A stretch of 64,000 nt of DNA from the human T2T-CHM13v2.0 reference genome, Homo sapiens, in NCBI RefSeq assembly GCF_009914755.1, contig NC_060947.1; one strand, written 5' to 3'. Under the pieces are notes generated by a model that had not been told where the DNA came from, did no database searches, and was given only the letters and a program-made list of their open reading frames with translations. The position numbers and the translations under genes were made by a program. Positions 42,787-54,304 of the stretch are shown here, in pieces; positions within the stretch are counted from its first letter, which is position 1; each line of letters begins with the position of its first letter.

Positions 42787-43171
42787 TCAACTCCAGTCAC
42801 TCCTGATTGGTTCCGTAGCCATTCCTTTGGAGTTCTGCTGTCTGTGTCTTCCCTGCCTCAAAGCTTGGCTCTGTCCATTGGTAAAAGGATGACTTTACCT
42901 CCTATGAATGCAAATTGTTTTCATCCATAAGATGTAAATAAGAATAGTTGCCTTACAAGATTATAAGAGGATTAAATTAGATGCTTCAGTAAAGTCATCT
43001 GCATATAGTAAATCTTCAAGGTGTATTAAATACCTTCTGTCTTACCAAAGATTTTAAGGGAACTAAAAAGTGCATACCTGCCTTAAGGAGTTCTTTTTTA
43101 TTATCGCTCGAAATACGATACTGTTTCTTGGTTTTAGTTGGCTCTCTCTTGCCATAAGTTAATGTTACTTA

Positions 43172-43410
43172 TCCTCTTCCTCCTCCTCCTCCTCTTCCTC
43201 TTCCTTCTTCCTCTTCCTTCTCCTTCTTTCTCCCTTTCCTCTTTCTCTACTCATTCCAATTTTTCTCCTTCTACTCCTTTTCTTTCTTTTTTTCTAATTC
43301 TTCTTCATCATCTTTGTCTTCTTGTAATTCTAATTTTTTTCTAATTCCAATTTTTCTTCTTCAATTTCTCTGCCTCCTCCTATTCCTGCTCCTTCTCCCC
43401 TTTTTTTCTG
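43172..43410. repeat. CT-rich low-complexity polypyrimidine tract
   Basis: Directly visible (TCC/TTC-rich). Confidence 0.85.
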
Positions 43411-43777
43411 TAGATACATGCAAACGTTTTCCATAGCCTTTAAGAGAAACTTAGCTGCGTTGCAGCCTGTCTGGAAATTCCTTAAGTGTAGCCAGACGGA
43501 TCTCCCACATGACTGCATTCGTCACACATAGCAGGCAACTGGGAAGTGTTGAGTCTGGAGGTGGAGGAAAGTGGTTGGATTGAGATCCCTCTTTGCCAAG
43601 TGCCAGCCTGTTTGACTCTCATGAACATTTCTGAATGTCAACCTCTCCATCTGTAACATTTTAACAATGATGCCAACCAACATTGTAGAGCTGTTTCAAC
43701 GTAAGGGAGATATATGGAAAACTGGCTGGCTTACCATGTGACATTGATTAATAAATAATGAATCATGGAAGGAATTA

Positions 43778-44144
<367 letters not shown>

Positions 44145-46100
44145 AGCCATCTTCTCTGATGAGCCTTTTACATCTTTTATGAAGAAAATGTTTTCAGTGT
44201 AGCCTCAGAATTATCTGGTAGATTTGTTTTCTACCAGAGAGTGATGAGATAACCTGAAAGCTTTTGGATCCTAAACCACAGCCACCAAAATACATATTCT
44301 CTTTCCTTTTGGGGGACCTGAAATAGATTTGTGTCATTATGTCATTCTCATTCTTGTCATGTTATGCACAAAATCAGCCTCTTGACGCACTCACTCTTTT
44401 CTTATGGTTTTAGAACACATCTAGATATCTTTGATCCATAGACACCATCCTTGTCATAATTTTTTCCTGCTTATGTTTTCAGAACAACTGTTCTAGACAA
44501 CTTATTTTCTTTTGCCATATTTTTGAACATTCAGAACGAGTATACTCACATTTCTTCTCTTGCTTCTGGTGACCCAGATCTTGCCCTCAGCTGGAAAGCT
44601 GTCATGCCCTGTGTTTCTATTTTGAAATATGTACCTTGTTTACTGGATCATATTTGTCAGAGAAAGTGTATCAGCACAAACATTTCAAAATCTGCACTCA
44701 TTATTCTGTAGAACTGAGATAACTTTTGTCTGCTTCATTCATTTGTTGATGACTCAAACTCATTTATTGGCAAACATTATTTGAATGAGTTTCCTATTAG
44801 TCTCTCTTAAAGAATATTAACAATAATGATATGCAAAAGTCAATATTCTTTACTACACAGACAAACTGAATTTCTCAACCCACTTGACAGTTTAAAATTG
44901 CCATTAGGAAGAATTTGACTTTCAAGGAGAATTAAATGGCATTTATTGTGGTGACTGATTATCAGCATAAGAACCATGCATTTTTCTGCTACAGTAGAGG
45001 AAATAATTTAATTAGTCTGTTATTGTAAATGTTCTGATTTTAATACATTAACTTGTGGCCTGCAGCTGATAGAAAAGAAATTAACACTGACTCTTTTTGA
45101 CTGTGGAATGAATTGGATTTTCCAGGGCAAGAAAATTAATTATAAATGCTCTCTATTTAAGATTGCCAGATTTTTTATGATAAATGATGTAATTATGAGA
45201 TGTCAAGTATACAAATAGTCATGCATCGACATTTCAGCTTATTAATTCCAACATTCACCATTGCGTATGACATATTCTTCACATTTAATTGCTCAGTAGA
45301 GGGGAGGCAAAATCATTGTTCTCCTCATTTTCCTTGTGATTTTCAGGCAGTACATTTCAGAAGACGTTGAATGCTAATGCATTAAATTTCTGATGACAGC
45401 CTCATGTTGCATTTTGAGCTAAGACCAAAATAAATAAAATTCAGGATAAAGTAGGATAAGGCAACAGAAGGAGGAACAAAGCTTTACAAAATGGCAAGTT
45501 GGGTGAAGTTTGTCTTCAGCTCCCTCTCATCTCTCTGTTTCCCTTCCTCTCTTCTACCCATTCTGGGGTGTGTGAATGAGTCCTTGGTGCCTTGATGGCG
45601 AATTCTAGGGTCTCAGGAGCTTCCACCTTTCCCGGAAATGCTCTCCTTCTCTCATTGATCAGTGTCCCTGTTCATTCTGTTACAGCATGAATACAATTGA
45701 ACAGCATCGGAAGAATTCAGGGCCACTCCCCTGTGGCCACAGTTATGAGTCACAGTTGATAAGGTACATAATCTTAAAAATCCTGCAGTACCTTTAAAAA
45801 TAAGTTTGTATTTTGTTCATCCCACCTGTGATGTTCAGTTTTACAAGTCAATGCAGTTAGGCTACAGTTCCCAGTTATCCAATCAAACACCAATCTAGGT
45901 GTTGCTATTTTGGTATAGCAAAAGGTGTTTTGTAGTTGTGGTTAAAGTCTGTAATCAGCTGACTTTAAGTAAGGGAGGTGATCCTGGACTATTTGCATGG
46001 ACCAGTATAATCACAGGGGTCCTCATTAGAGGGAGGCAAGTGGGTCAGAGTCAGAAAAAGAAGACATAATGATGGGGGCGGAGATTGAAGTGATGCCCTT

Positions 46101-46861
46101 TGTGAAAATAAATTCATCAAATTGAAGCTGTTGGAATGTTAAATTATTTTGAGGCTTGAAGGAATGTGATTGTGAGATCTGAGTCATGCAGCCAGCAGCT
46201 GTAACCTTTGCTTCACCGATGATAAATTAACCCTCTTCCTAAGTTTTCCTTGTTTTGTAAAATGTTGTGAAAGAGTAAATGGCACCAGAGAGAAGACCCC
46301 TTCACTCTTAATTACTAACCTTTTATTATAGATTAACTGCCTTCTTTCTTTTCTTGCACACAACTCAGACCAGATGGTGCAAAATATCCCGTGGCTATCA
46401 AATTGCTTAAGACAGAATTTTTTTAAATTAAAAAATTATTTTTTTTAGAGACAGAGTCTCATTCTGTAGCTCAGTGCAGGGGTGTGATCACAGCTCACTG
46501 CAACCTTGAACTCCTAGGCTCAAGTAATCCTACTTCAGCCTCTCGAGTAGCTGGGACTACAGGCACAAGCCACCATGTCTGGCTTAATGTGGACTATTAA
46601 ATATGCCTTTCCTTAAAAGGAATAAGCTGTAACAAATCAAAATTACTGCAACTCATAACCCAGTCTTATGTGAAAGTGTTGTAATCATGGTAAACTTCTT
46701 TGTATTTATCTAAATGAGTGTGAAACCCTGACCTCTCCACCTCTGAGCACTGACTCCACTCCTTTGGAGTTTGTATTTCCCAAGAGGACAAATTCGAACT
46801 TTGCTCTTGAATAAACTCTTTAAATTTGGATTCTGATCCCTTTGTTTATTTCAGGTTAACA
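46101..46861 (+). mobile_element. ERV1 solo LTR (MER34/MER39-like) containing an Alu monomer
   Basis: TG...CA ends, AATAAA at ~46810, 4-bp TSD cctt (46097-46100, 46862-46865). Confidence 0.8.
46437..46584 (-). mobile_element. Alu monomer (FRAM/AluJ-like)
   Basis: tgatcacagctcactgcaaccttgaactcctaggctcaag...agtagctgggactacagg. Confidence 0.88.
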
Positions 46862-47439
46862 CCTTTGATGGTGGAGGAAGGAGCTGCCGGGCAAGGAACA
46901 TGGGTAGTCCCTAGTGGTTGGAAAGACATGGAAAAGCAGATTCTTACCTGGAGCCTCCAGGAAGAACCAGCCCTGCCAAAGTTAGGTTTCAACTCATTGA
47001 GACCCATTTCAGACTTCTTACCCCCAGAATTGTAGAGTGAGAAATTTGAGTTGTTTTGAGCCACTAAGTGTGTGGTAATTTGTTACTGCAGCAATAGAAA
47101 ACTCATATACCATAAGATACCTCTGAAAATTATGCAAGTGTGTAAAATCTACTATTTATTCAATCTACAAAAACTGCTTTGATGCCTATATGCATGCAAA
47201 TCCTTCTTGCAATAACTCTGCTACACCTCTAGAGGCACAGTCCGTAGGTTGATACCATTGACCAAAACAGACAAGTGTGGGCCAGGCAACACCTCCCATC
47301 AGTCCCTGCTGCACTTTCCCTTCTAGCCCTTGGTAGAGTCTCACGATCCTTCTCCAGGCAGCCATGTCCAGGCTTTCAAGATGAAACCTATCAGCTTTCC
47401 CCATCAGACCTGTATCTCATTTTCCCCCTTTTTGTTACC

Positions 47440-48051
47440 TGAGGCAGGCAGAATTCTAAGATGCACCCTAAGATTCCCAGCCCCTGGCATATATACCCTA
47501 TGTAATCCCCTCTCTTTGAGGATAGGCAGTACCAGTAAATATGATGGATGCCACTCCAGTGATTCCATCCCTAATCAGCTCGCACTGAATTAATCAAAAG
47601 GAAGATCATCTGGGTGGGACTGATCAAGCCAGCTGAGCCCTTAAAAGTGACAAGAAGTAGCAGCAGAAGCTGTTCTACTTAACAAAGAAAGCAAACAGCC
47701 ATGTTGTAAACTGCTTATGGGGACCATGTGGCAAGAAGCGTCAGGCAGCTACTAGCTGAATAAGGCCTTGGGAGATGACCAGCAGGAAAGGAGAAACCTC
47801 AAACACACAGCTAGAGGGAAATGCGTTCTGCCAACAACGCTGTGAGCTGAGAATGAAACTGTGAGCATGATTACGAGAAAGGGACACAGTCCAGCTGACA
47901 TCTTGGTTTCAACCTGGTGAGAAGTGAACAGAGAGCCCAGGTAACCCATTCCCAGATGCCTGACTCGTGGAAACTGTGAGACAGCAATTGGTGTTGCTGT
48001 AAGCCACTAAGTTGGTGGTCATTTGTCATGCAGCAATAGCAAATAATACAC
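47440..48051 (+). mobile_element. MLT1 LTR (MLT1E/F-like)
   Basis: ggcaggcagaattctaagatg...ccagctgacatcttg...gaaactgtgaga...taagccactaagtt...gcagcaatagcaaataataca. Confidence 0.85.
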
Positions 48052-48896
48052 CATCTTGCAAAAAGCATATACTTCAGTTTGCAACCACCAAATGCACAAA
48101 ATTAATGTAAACTATGTTATTAATTTTTTATAACCATACATGTGCTACAGAATAAGAGAAATGCTTTTCTAAAATGAAAAGAAGTTGTAGTCTGAGCAGA
48201 ATGGGTGGTTGGAAGAGATGCTTCCCTTTAAAGTAACCTTCCCTTCCAATCCCCTCCCATAATTCCTACTTGCTCACTTGGAATGCTAGATCAGCTCAGG
48301 TAGCAAGGAGATATTCCAGGCTTTCTAGATTACTGCTATTCATGCTGGCTTCCAAATCCTGTCGTTTCCACGACCTTGGGGGTCTTTGTCACTCACTGGA
48401 CCTTCTACGCAACGGCAAATGGAACTTTTGCTTTATCCTCCTAAATCGTAATCCTATTGCATATTTCCACACTGTTTTTTTTTCCTCCTCATTCCAAAGC
48501 ATATACCAGATGGTAAATCCCAGGAAACATTTAGCAAGTTTGGCAAAAATTCTGTGAGCAAAACTATTTTGAAAGCTATATTCGAAGCAGAAAAAGTGGA
48601 GCAAAGGAGATAGAGATAGATTCAGTGCTTGGGGCTGATGAAATAGTGTTAAATGAAGCACAAAGAAAGCTTTACAGTTCTTTATTATTGTATCTTGAAT
48701 GTGTAGGTGAATAATCCTCAGAGTGGATATAGAGGAAAACATGAGTCAGAGGAAACTAAAGTCCACTAGAAGTGAACGTAAAGGAGTATTAGATTGCTTC
48801 AAAGAAATTACGCCTATGCTCAGACTGAGTCTATCACAGCTTATCAGGAAGATTTGAAGACATGAACATAGACACACCCTCAGGAAACCAGAGGGA

Positions 48897-49045
48897 GGCC
48901 GGGCATGGCGGCTCACACTTGTAATCCCAACACTTTGGGAGGACGAGGCAGGAGAATTGCTTGAGCCCAAGAGTTCAATACCAGCCTGGGCAACATGGCA
49001 AGACTGTCACTACAGAAAATACAAAAGAAAAAAAAAGAAAGAAAA
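48897..49045 (+). mobile_element. Alu left monomer (FLAM-like)
   Basis: ggccgggcatggcggctcac...gcttgagcccaagagttcaa...gcaacatggcaagac plus A-rich tail. Confidence 0.88.
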
Positions 49046-50249
49046 ACTGAGAGAGATAGATAGGGGTGAAACTGTAGACTCAGGCAAACACCCCAGTTTT
49101 CCAAAAGGGGATGAAGAAGGTTATGTTCAAGAAACTACCCACTTTTTTACATCACACTAATTCCTGGTTACATTTTAAATAAATAATGGAAATGTACTAT
49201 CATGTCCTTAATTACTATGCTACCAGAAAGAAAGATCCTAGTAGAACCATCCACGTAGCCAAATATGCATCCATTCATTCAGAAATTACCTAGATAGCAT
49301 ATAAGTACTGTAAGTACTCATATAGCAATTACTACCAAAGACAGGGACTATGATAGGCACCTATTAGATCATGGTAAATAAAAGAGGATGCTTTGATATT
49401 TATCTCTCTCACAGAGCCTTCTAGTTAGGGTATGTGTGCAAAAGTTGTGATCATTACTATTACAGAAAAGCAAACAGGATAATTAGAAGATCTCACATAG
49501 GAGATAAATTTCCTTGTCTGAGAACATTGTAGAAGGCTTCCTCAAGTGTTAGAAGGTCCTCCTTCTCTTTAGGATTCCTTAAAAGAACTGGTTTCCAAAT
49601 GAGAATAAAAAATATATATATTTTTTGGTGGCCAAGCCAGTGCTTAATAATCTATTGAATTCATGCTTCTCTGGTGAAAGCTAGATTGGAGACATGGCCT
49701 AGGATGGTTGCCCAAGTGTGACCCCCAAGCCCTCTCTGCTGAATTGAATATGAGTTGGACCATCCAGCACCACTAACCTGCAGAGCCCAGTCAAGCAGGC
49801 TGGATATGCTGGAAGAGGGAGCTCTGGGGCTGACGGGGATGCTCCTCCAAGCCCAGCTCTGGGCACTTCTCTAGGAGGCCCTTCTGCTCCTCTTTCTAGG
49901 AACAAGGAATAGAGGAAAGCCTGGCCCTTATACAGAACCATGAAGAAAGAAAAAGGGAATGCGAAGAAAAGATAAAACAGAACAAGCCCGCCCTTGGCAC
50001 ATATGGTCCCATGCTGCAGAAGGGCTCCCCTCCTCTCCCTTGCCCCATCTGTTGCTCATTGCTCTATGTCTACATTCATTGGAGACTGCAGCTTTGGGAA
50101 GGCAATGAATGGGGCAGGAAGAATCCTGACAGATCATGCACATCTAGTATGGACCTGCATCTGGTGTGGGCCTCATTGATGGAAGTAAGGAGAGGGGTGT
50201 CAGAGACAAAAGCAGGCCCTTCACAGTGCAGGCTGGGGACACGCTATTT

Positions 50250-50812
50250 CATGTATTCCATCAATATATGTATAAAAGTTATCTGTAGAAACAGAACCAA
50301 TAATAGATAGATAGGTAGGTAGGTAGGTAGGTAGGTAGGTAGGTAGGTGGACAGATGATAGGTAGATAGATAGGATACATGGATAGATAGATAAATGATA
50401 GATAGATAGATGACAGATACATAGATGGTAGATATAGATATACTGATTGATTTTAAAGAATTGGTTCATCCAGTTTGAGGCGATGATAAGTTGGAAATCT
50501 TCAGGGCAAGTTGGCAGTCTGGAGATTCAGGTAAGATTGGATGTTGCAGTCATGAGTTTGAAAATTAGAAACTGTGCAGAATTTCCCTGTTGCAGCAGAA
50601 TTCCTTTTTCTTTGGGAGACCTCAGTCATTGCTCTTAAGGCCTTCAAGCAAATGAATAAGGTTGGAGGGTTACATATTGGAGGGTAATCTGATTCACTTA
50701 AACTCAAATGCTTCAAATGTAATCATGTCTAAAAAACACCTTCACAGCAACATCTAGACTTGTGTTTGGCCAAACAGCTGGTCAAGCCCAGCTGACACAT
50801 GCAACTGGCCAT
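50250..50812 (-). mobile_element. MLT2 (ERVL) LTR with internal (GATA)/(GGTA) repeats
   Basis: agaaacagaaccaata...ttttaaagaattggttca...aaaaaacaccttcacagcaacatctagact.gtgtttg.ccaaac...gctgacacat. Confidence 0.85.
50303..50440. repeat. Compound tetranucleotide STR (GATA/GGTA)
   Basis: Directly visible. Confidence 0.92.
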
Positions 50813-51076
50813 TGCAATAAAACCAAAGTCAGCCACAAGGGGAAAGACAGACCCTACCCTGAGATATTTCAGCAGATCCACACAAGATGATGGAGGAAAT
50901 AGGGCCAGGGGAAGTGCACATTCCCTCTTCCAGCTACTCATCATAAAATAATAATTCAGCTGCTCAATCAGTATTTACTGAGATCTAAGATGAGCTAGGA
51001 ACTGTCCTGGGTGCTTCAGACACAGAAGTGAACGAAACAGAAAAGCTCCTTGCCTTCAAGGAGTTCACAGTCAAGA

Positions 51077-51280
51077 CCAGGGGTCAGTGAACTATAACCG
51101 ACAGCAGGTCTGGCCTGCTGCTTGTTTTTGCAAATAAAGTTTTATCTGGATAGAGCCATGCCCACTCGTTTACATGTTTTGATTGCTTTTATGCTACATC
51201 AGCAGAGTTGAATAACCGCAACAGCAAAGCCTAAAATATTTCCTCTCTGGCCCTTTACAGATAAAGTTTGCCAATCCCTG
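51077..51280. mobile_element. MER58A next to an L2 3' fragment (~50960-51075)
   Basis: caggggtcagtgaactat...aaataaagttttat...aaagcctaaaatattt...tggccctttacag..aaagtttgccaatccctg. Confidence 0.88.
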
Positions 51281-53426
51281 GTGCAGGTCTTTGCATAGCA
51301 GGTCAGTGAAGCCTAAGGGACTCCCTTTTTTCATTCTGTTGACAAATTCCAAAGATAGATTGATTGCTTCTTCAGAAATAAGAAAAGAGAAAATGAACAT
51401 GGAGCTTTTAAAATCTCAAGAAAGGAAACTTCTAGTAGCAAAAGTGCTTACTATAGAAATAGAACAAAATGTTTAAGAATTACATCTCCTACTAGAATCA
51501 AGAGGCTCCTGGGACAAACAGGCAGAAAGTCCCCAAGAAGAGAACAAGTGAAAATGGAAAACATAACAGAGTGAGATGCAAATACCAGTGGAAGTGAAAA
51601 CATAAACTCAAAGATAGAGGCCATATCGCTTTCAAGGAAACCAAAATTACAAAAGCAGAATTAAAACCTGCACTGGATAGCAAAAGATCCAAACTGGCAT
51701 AGAGAAAAAGCTAAATCAATGAAATAGATAACGAGATACTCTAAGGATTCAGAGAAAAAGAACAAAACACATGAAAAATACAGGATAGGAACAGAGATTG
51801 GGTATAAAGAAATTGATTTTCTCTGGAAGCTACCAGAATAATTGAAAAAGAAGCAATTACAGCTTTTATTATGTAACTATTATGCCCTAGGTATTGCAGT
51901 AAGCACTTTACATTCATTATCAATTTTCTTGATTGCAACAATCCTTTGAGACACAAACTAATTTATCCATTTTTTAAGTAAAAAATGTAAAGAGTATGGG
52001 AAGCCTGTAAATTACCCATAGTTAGCTACTCAACAGATAAACCAGAAATCAAATCCCGGGCTGACTAAACTTAACACCTGACATTCCATACCCCTAATGA
52101 AAGAAACAAACAGTGAAAATTTTACCGAAGGAAAAAAAAATGACCCAACTTTGTAGATCAGTATGATTGACCCTCATCGTGTACCAAGCAAAGTAATGAT
52201 GAGTGATTTAGGTGCACAAACATGTCACTGTTTTGCAAAACAAGGAAAGGTCCTCTACATTTAGGGATGATTACAGACACCCTAGAAGACAATAATATGG
52301 TGAGCAAAACCCACGAATGCATTTTCAGGCTACACCAACAAGAATGAATTGTTTGGTTGAAAGAAAGGCAATGATATTCTACACCTGTCAAGCCACATCT
52401 AGAATAAGGTCCAGTCTAGGAGCCATTTTTAAGGACTTTCATAAGCCTTCAAACTTAGAAAGCAACCAGCTGGACTCATCTTTGGGAAGTGTTCAAGGGA
52501 AGCGTGCAGGCAGATGTTGATCACACCTCAAGAGGAGAAAACCATCCAGGCAGTGGTGGGGGATACGTGAGCGGGTGAGGGCTCAGGTACCTTTCACTGA
52601 AGACATTCCAGGAACTTACTGCTCCAACTGATGTTTGACTTGGGCTATACATGCACAAAGCAGGATTCAATCGTCTTTTATTGTTGCATAAACAAGGTTC
52701 AAATGACTTCCTGGGCAGTGAAAGCAAGCTCATGCTTGACATATTGGAGGAAGTACTATTTCATTGTTTTTGTTTTATCACAGTTCTGTGGCTTAAAGAA
52801 TAGCTGGGCTATTGCATTCATTATTGTCATTTGGGAATTATTATTTTACAAACTCGGCAGAAAAACATGATCATAGTCTAAAGATAGCTGTCTAAAGCCA
52901 CTCTGAATTGTCCCTTGAAGGGTTTTTGGATGCTTATGACAGCTGAGTAAAAGCTTAGTCCCAATAAAAATGAGCTTTTAAGAGGACAAGAGTAGCCAAA
53001 AGAAACAAATAAATATGCAGGACACAGTTTCATAATTTGTGCTGCTCTTGAATTAGTAATACAGAATAATCGAATGGAATACATTATAAGTTTTATTCAG
53101 AACATGCTAAAATAATAACTATTTTATGAGTACCCATTAATGTCAATTATTATTCATTATTAATACTTCACCACCAAATTAAAAAGATATGTCTGTGCTG
53201 CATTCTCCTACACTTGTTTCTTTCCCGGGTATTATGATAAGACTCAATTGCTTTATAACTAATTAATGATCTAATGCAACTTGGAAATAAAAATTGAAAT
53301 CTAAATACCAGATATTAAAGTTGATATGGGATGACATTCTTTTGTGCTCTCACGTTGTTTATCAAATTTTGATTAGTGGTAAATATTTGATATTCTTCCT
53401 AAGATCTTCTTTCAAGTTCCAAGTAG

Positions 53427-54304
53427 TTTTTTTTTTTTTGCGGGGGGGTGTGGAAGTTGGGGGGAAATCACTCCTTTGTCTTTATTAAAGAAACTTAGAA
53501 AGAGACCAGACCTGGCAACCAAGGGGTGAGGTACTGGCCAGGAAGGTGGAGTGGGCTCAGGCTCTGTGGATTTCAAGTGCAGACTGACGGCCTGGGAGAG
53601 GCCAAGGAGACCAGATCCTGGCAGCAGCTGAGGAGGTGCCCAAGGGCACTTTCAGGCACTGGGGCCTTCAGTTTGTTCTGTGGGCAAGGGTTGGGGGTTG
53701 GGATGCAGGGTAGGTTGGGCTGGCCTGGAATCTCCCTGAGGGCACCCTGCCTTATCTACCTAGATCATTCACTGGTCCACATCCTGTTCGTTTCCTTCAT
53801 GTCCACCTCATTGACCTCTCCGTCATCAGGTGACCCATTGTAGTCATTCATCTTGTCCATGTCCTGCATGTCCTCATCATCCTCTAAGTCCTCTTCACTA
53901 TCCTCATTGTCTTCATCATCCTCCTCTTCCTCATCATCATAGTGCTCTGAGGCTGGCTTGCCAATAGGAACCAGATTGTTGTCTTTCTCTGTGATGCTTT
54001 CGAGCCAGGTCTGATGCTGCTGTTCCTGCTGCTGCAGCTCTGTCTCTCCCATACAAGGTCGATCCAGATTAAACCACAGTGTCTCAGTCCCACAAAGGAA
54101 GAGTGAGGGAAACAAAGTGGACATGGTTCCTAGACTGGGTTTGAGTCCTGGCTCCACTACTTACTAGCTGTTTGACCTTGGCCGAGTCACTTAACCTCTC
54201 TGGGCCTCAGTGTCCTCCTCGCACCAGGGTCTGCAGCCAGTGGAGACCCGGAAGCGCTTCACCAAGCCTGAGTGGAAGAACCCACCAGAATCCGGGACTC
54301 ACCC
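53427..54304 (-). pseudogene. ANAPC15 (pseudogene copy): Processed pseudogene (retrocopy) of ANAPC15, anaphase-promoting complex subunit 15
   Basis: Intronless translation from ATG 54124: [34 protein letters not shown]...[27 protein letters not shown]...[23 protein letters not shown], matching APC15 as recalled. Poly(A) at 53427-53439; AATAAA at 53481-53486 (minus strand); TSD ccaagtagtttt (53419-53430) / ccaagcagtttt (54305-54316); 1-nt frameshift near the C-terminus. Confidence 0.96.
54131..54220 (+). mobile_element. MIR fragment inside the retrocopy 5'UTR (antisense to the mRNA)
   Basis: ctgggtttgagtcctggctccactacttactagctgtttgaccttggccgagtcacttaacctctctgggcctcag is the MIR core. Confidence 0.9.

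Larger units (their letters stand above)
45827..47110 (+). mobile_element. MLT1 LTR sequence split by a nested ERV1 LTR
   Basis: gtcctcattagagggaggc...gattgaagtgatgcccttt resumes after the insert as cctttgatggtggaggaagg...gtgtggtaatttgttactgcagcaatagaaaactcatata. Confidence 0.8.

Noticed and set aside
54125-54157. N-terminal extension [11 protein letters not shown] on the APC15-like ORF
   Set aside because: It starts at a non-ATG codon in MIR-derived UTR; the homologous start is the ATG at 54124.
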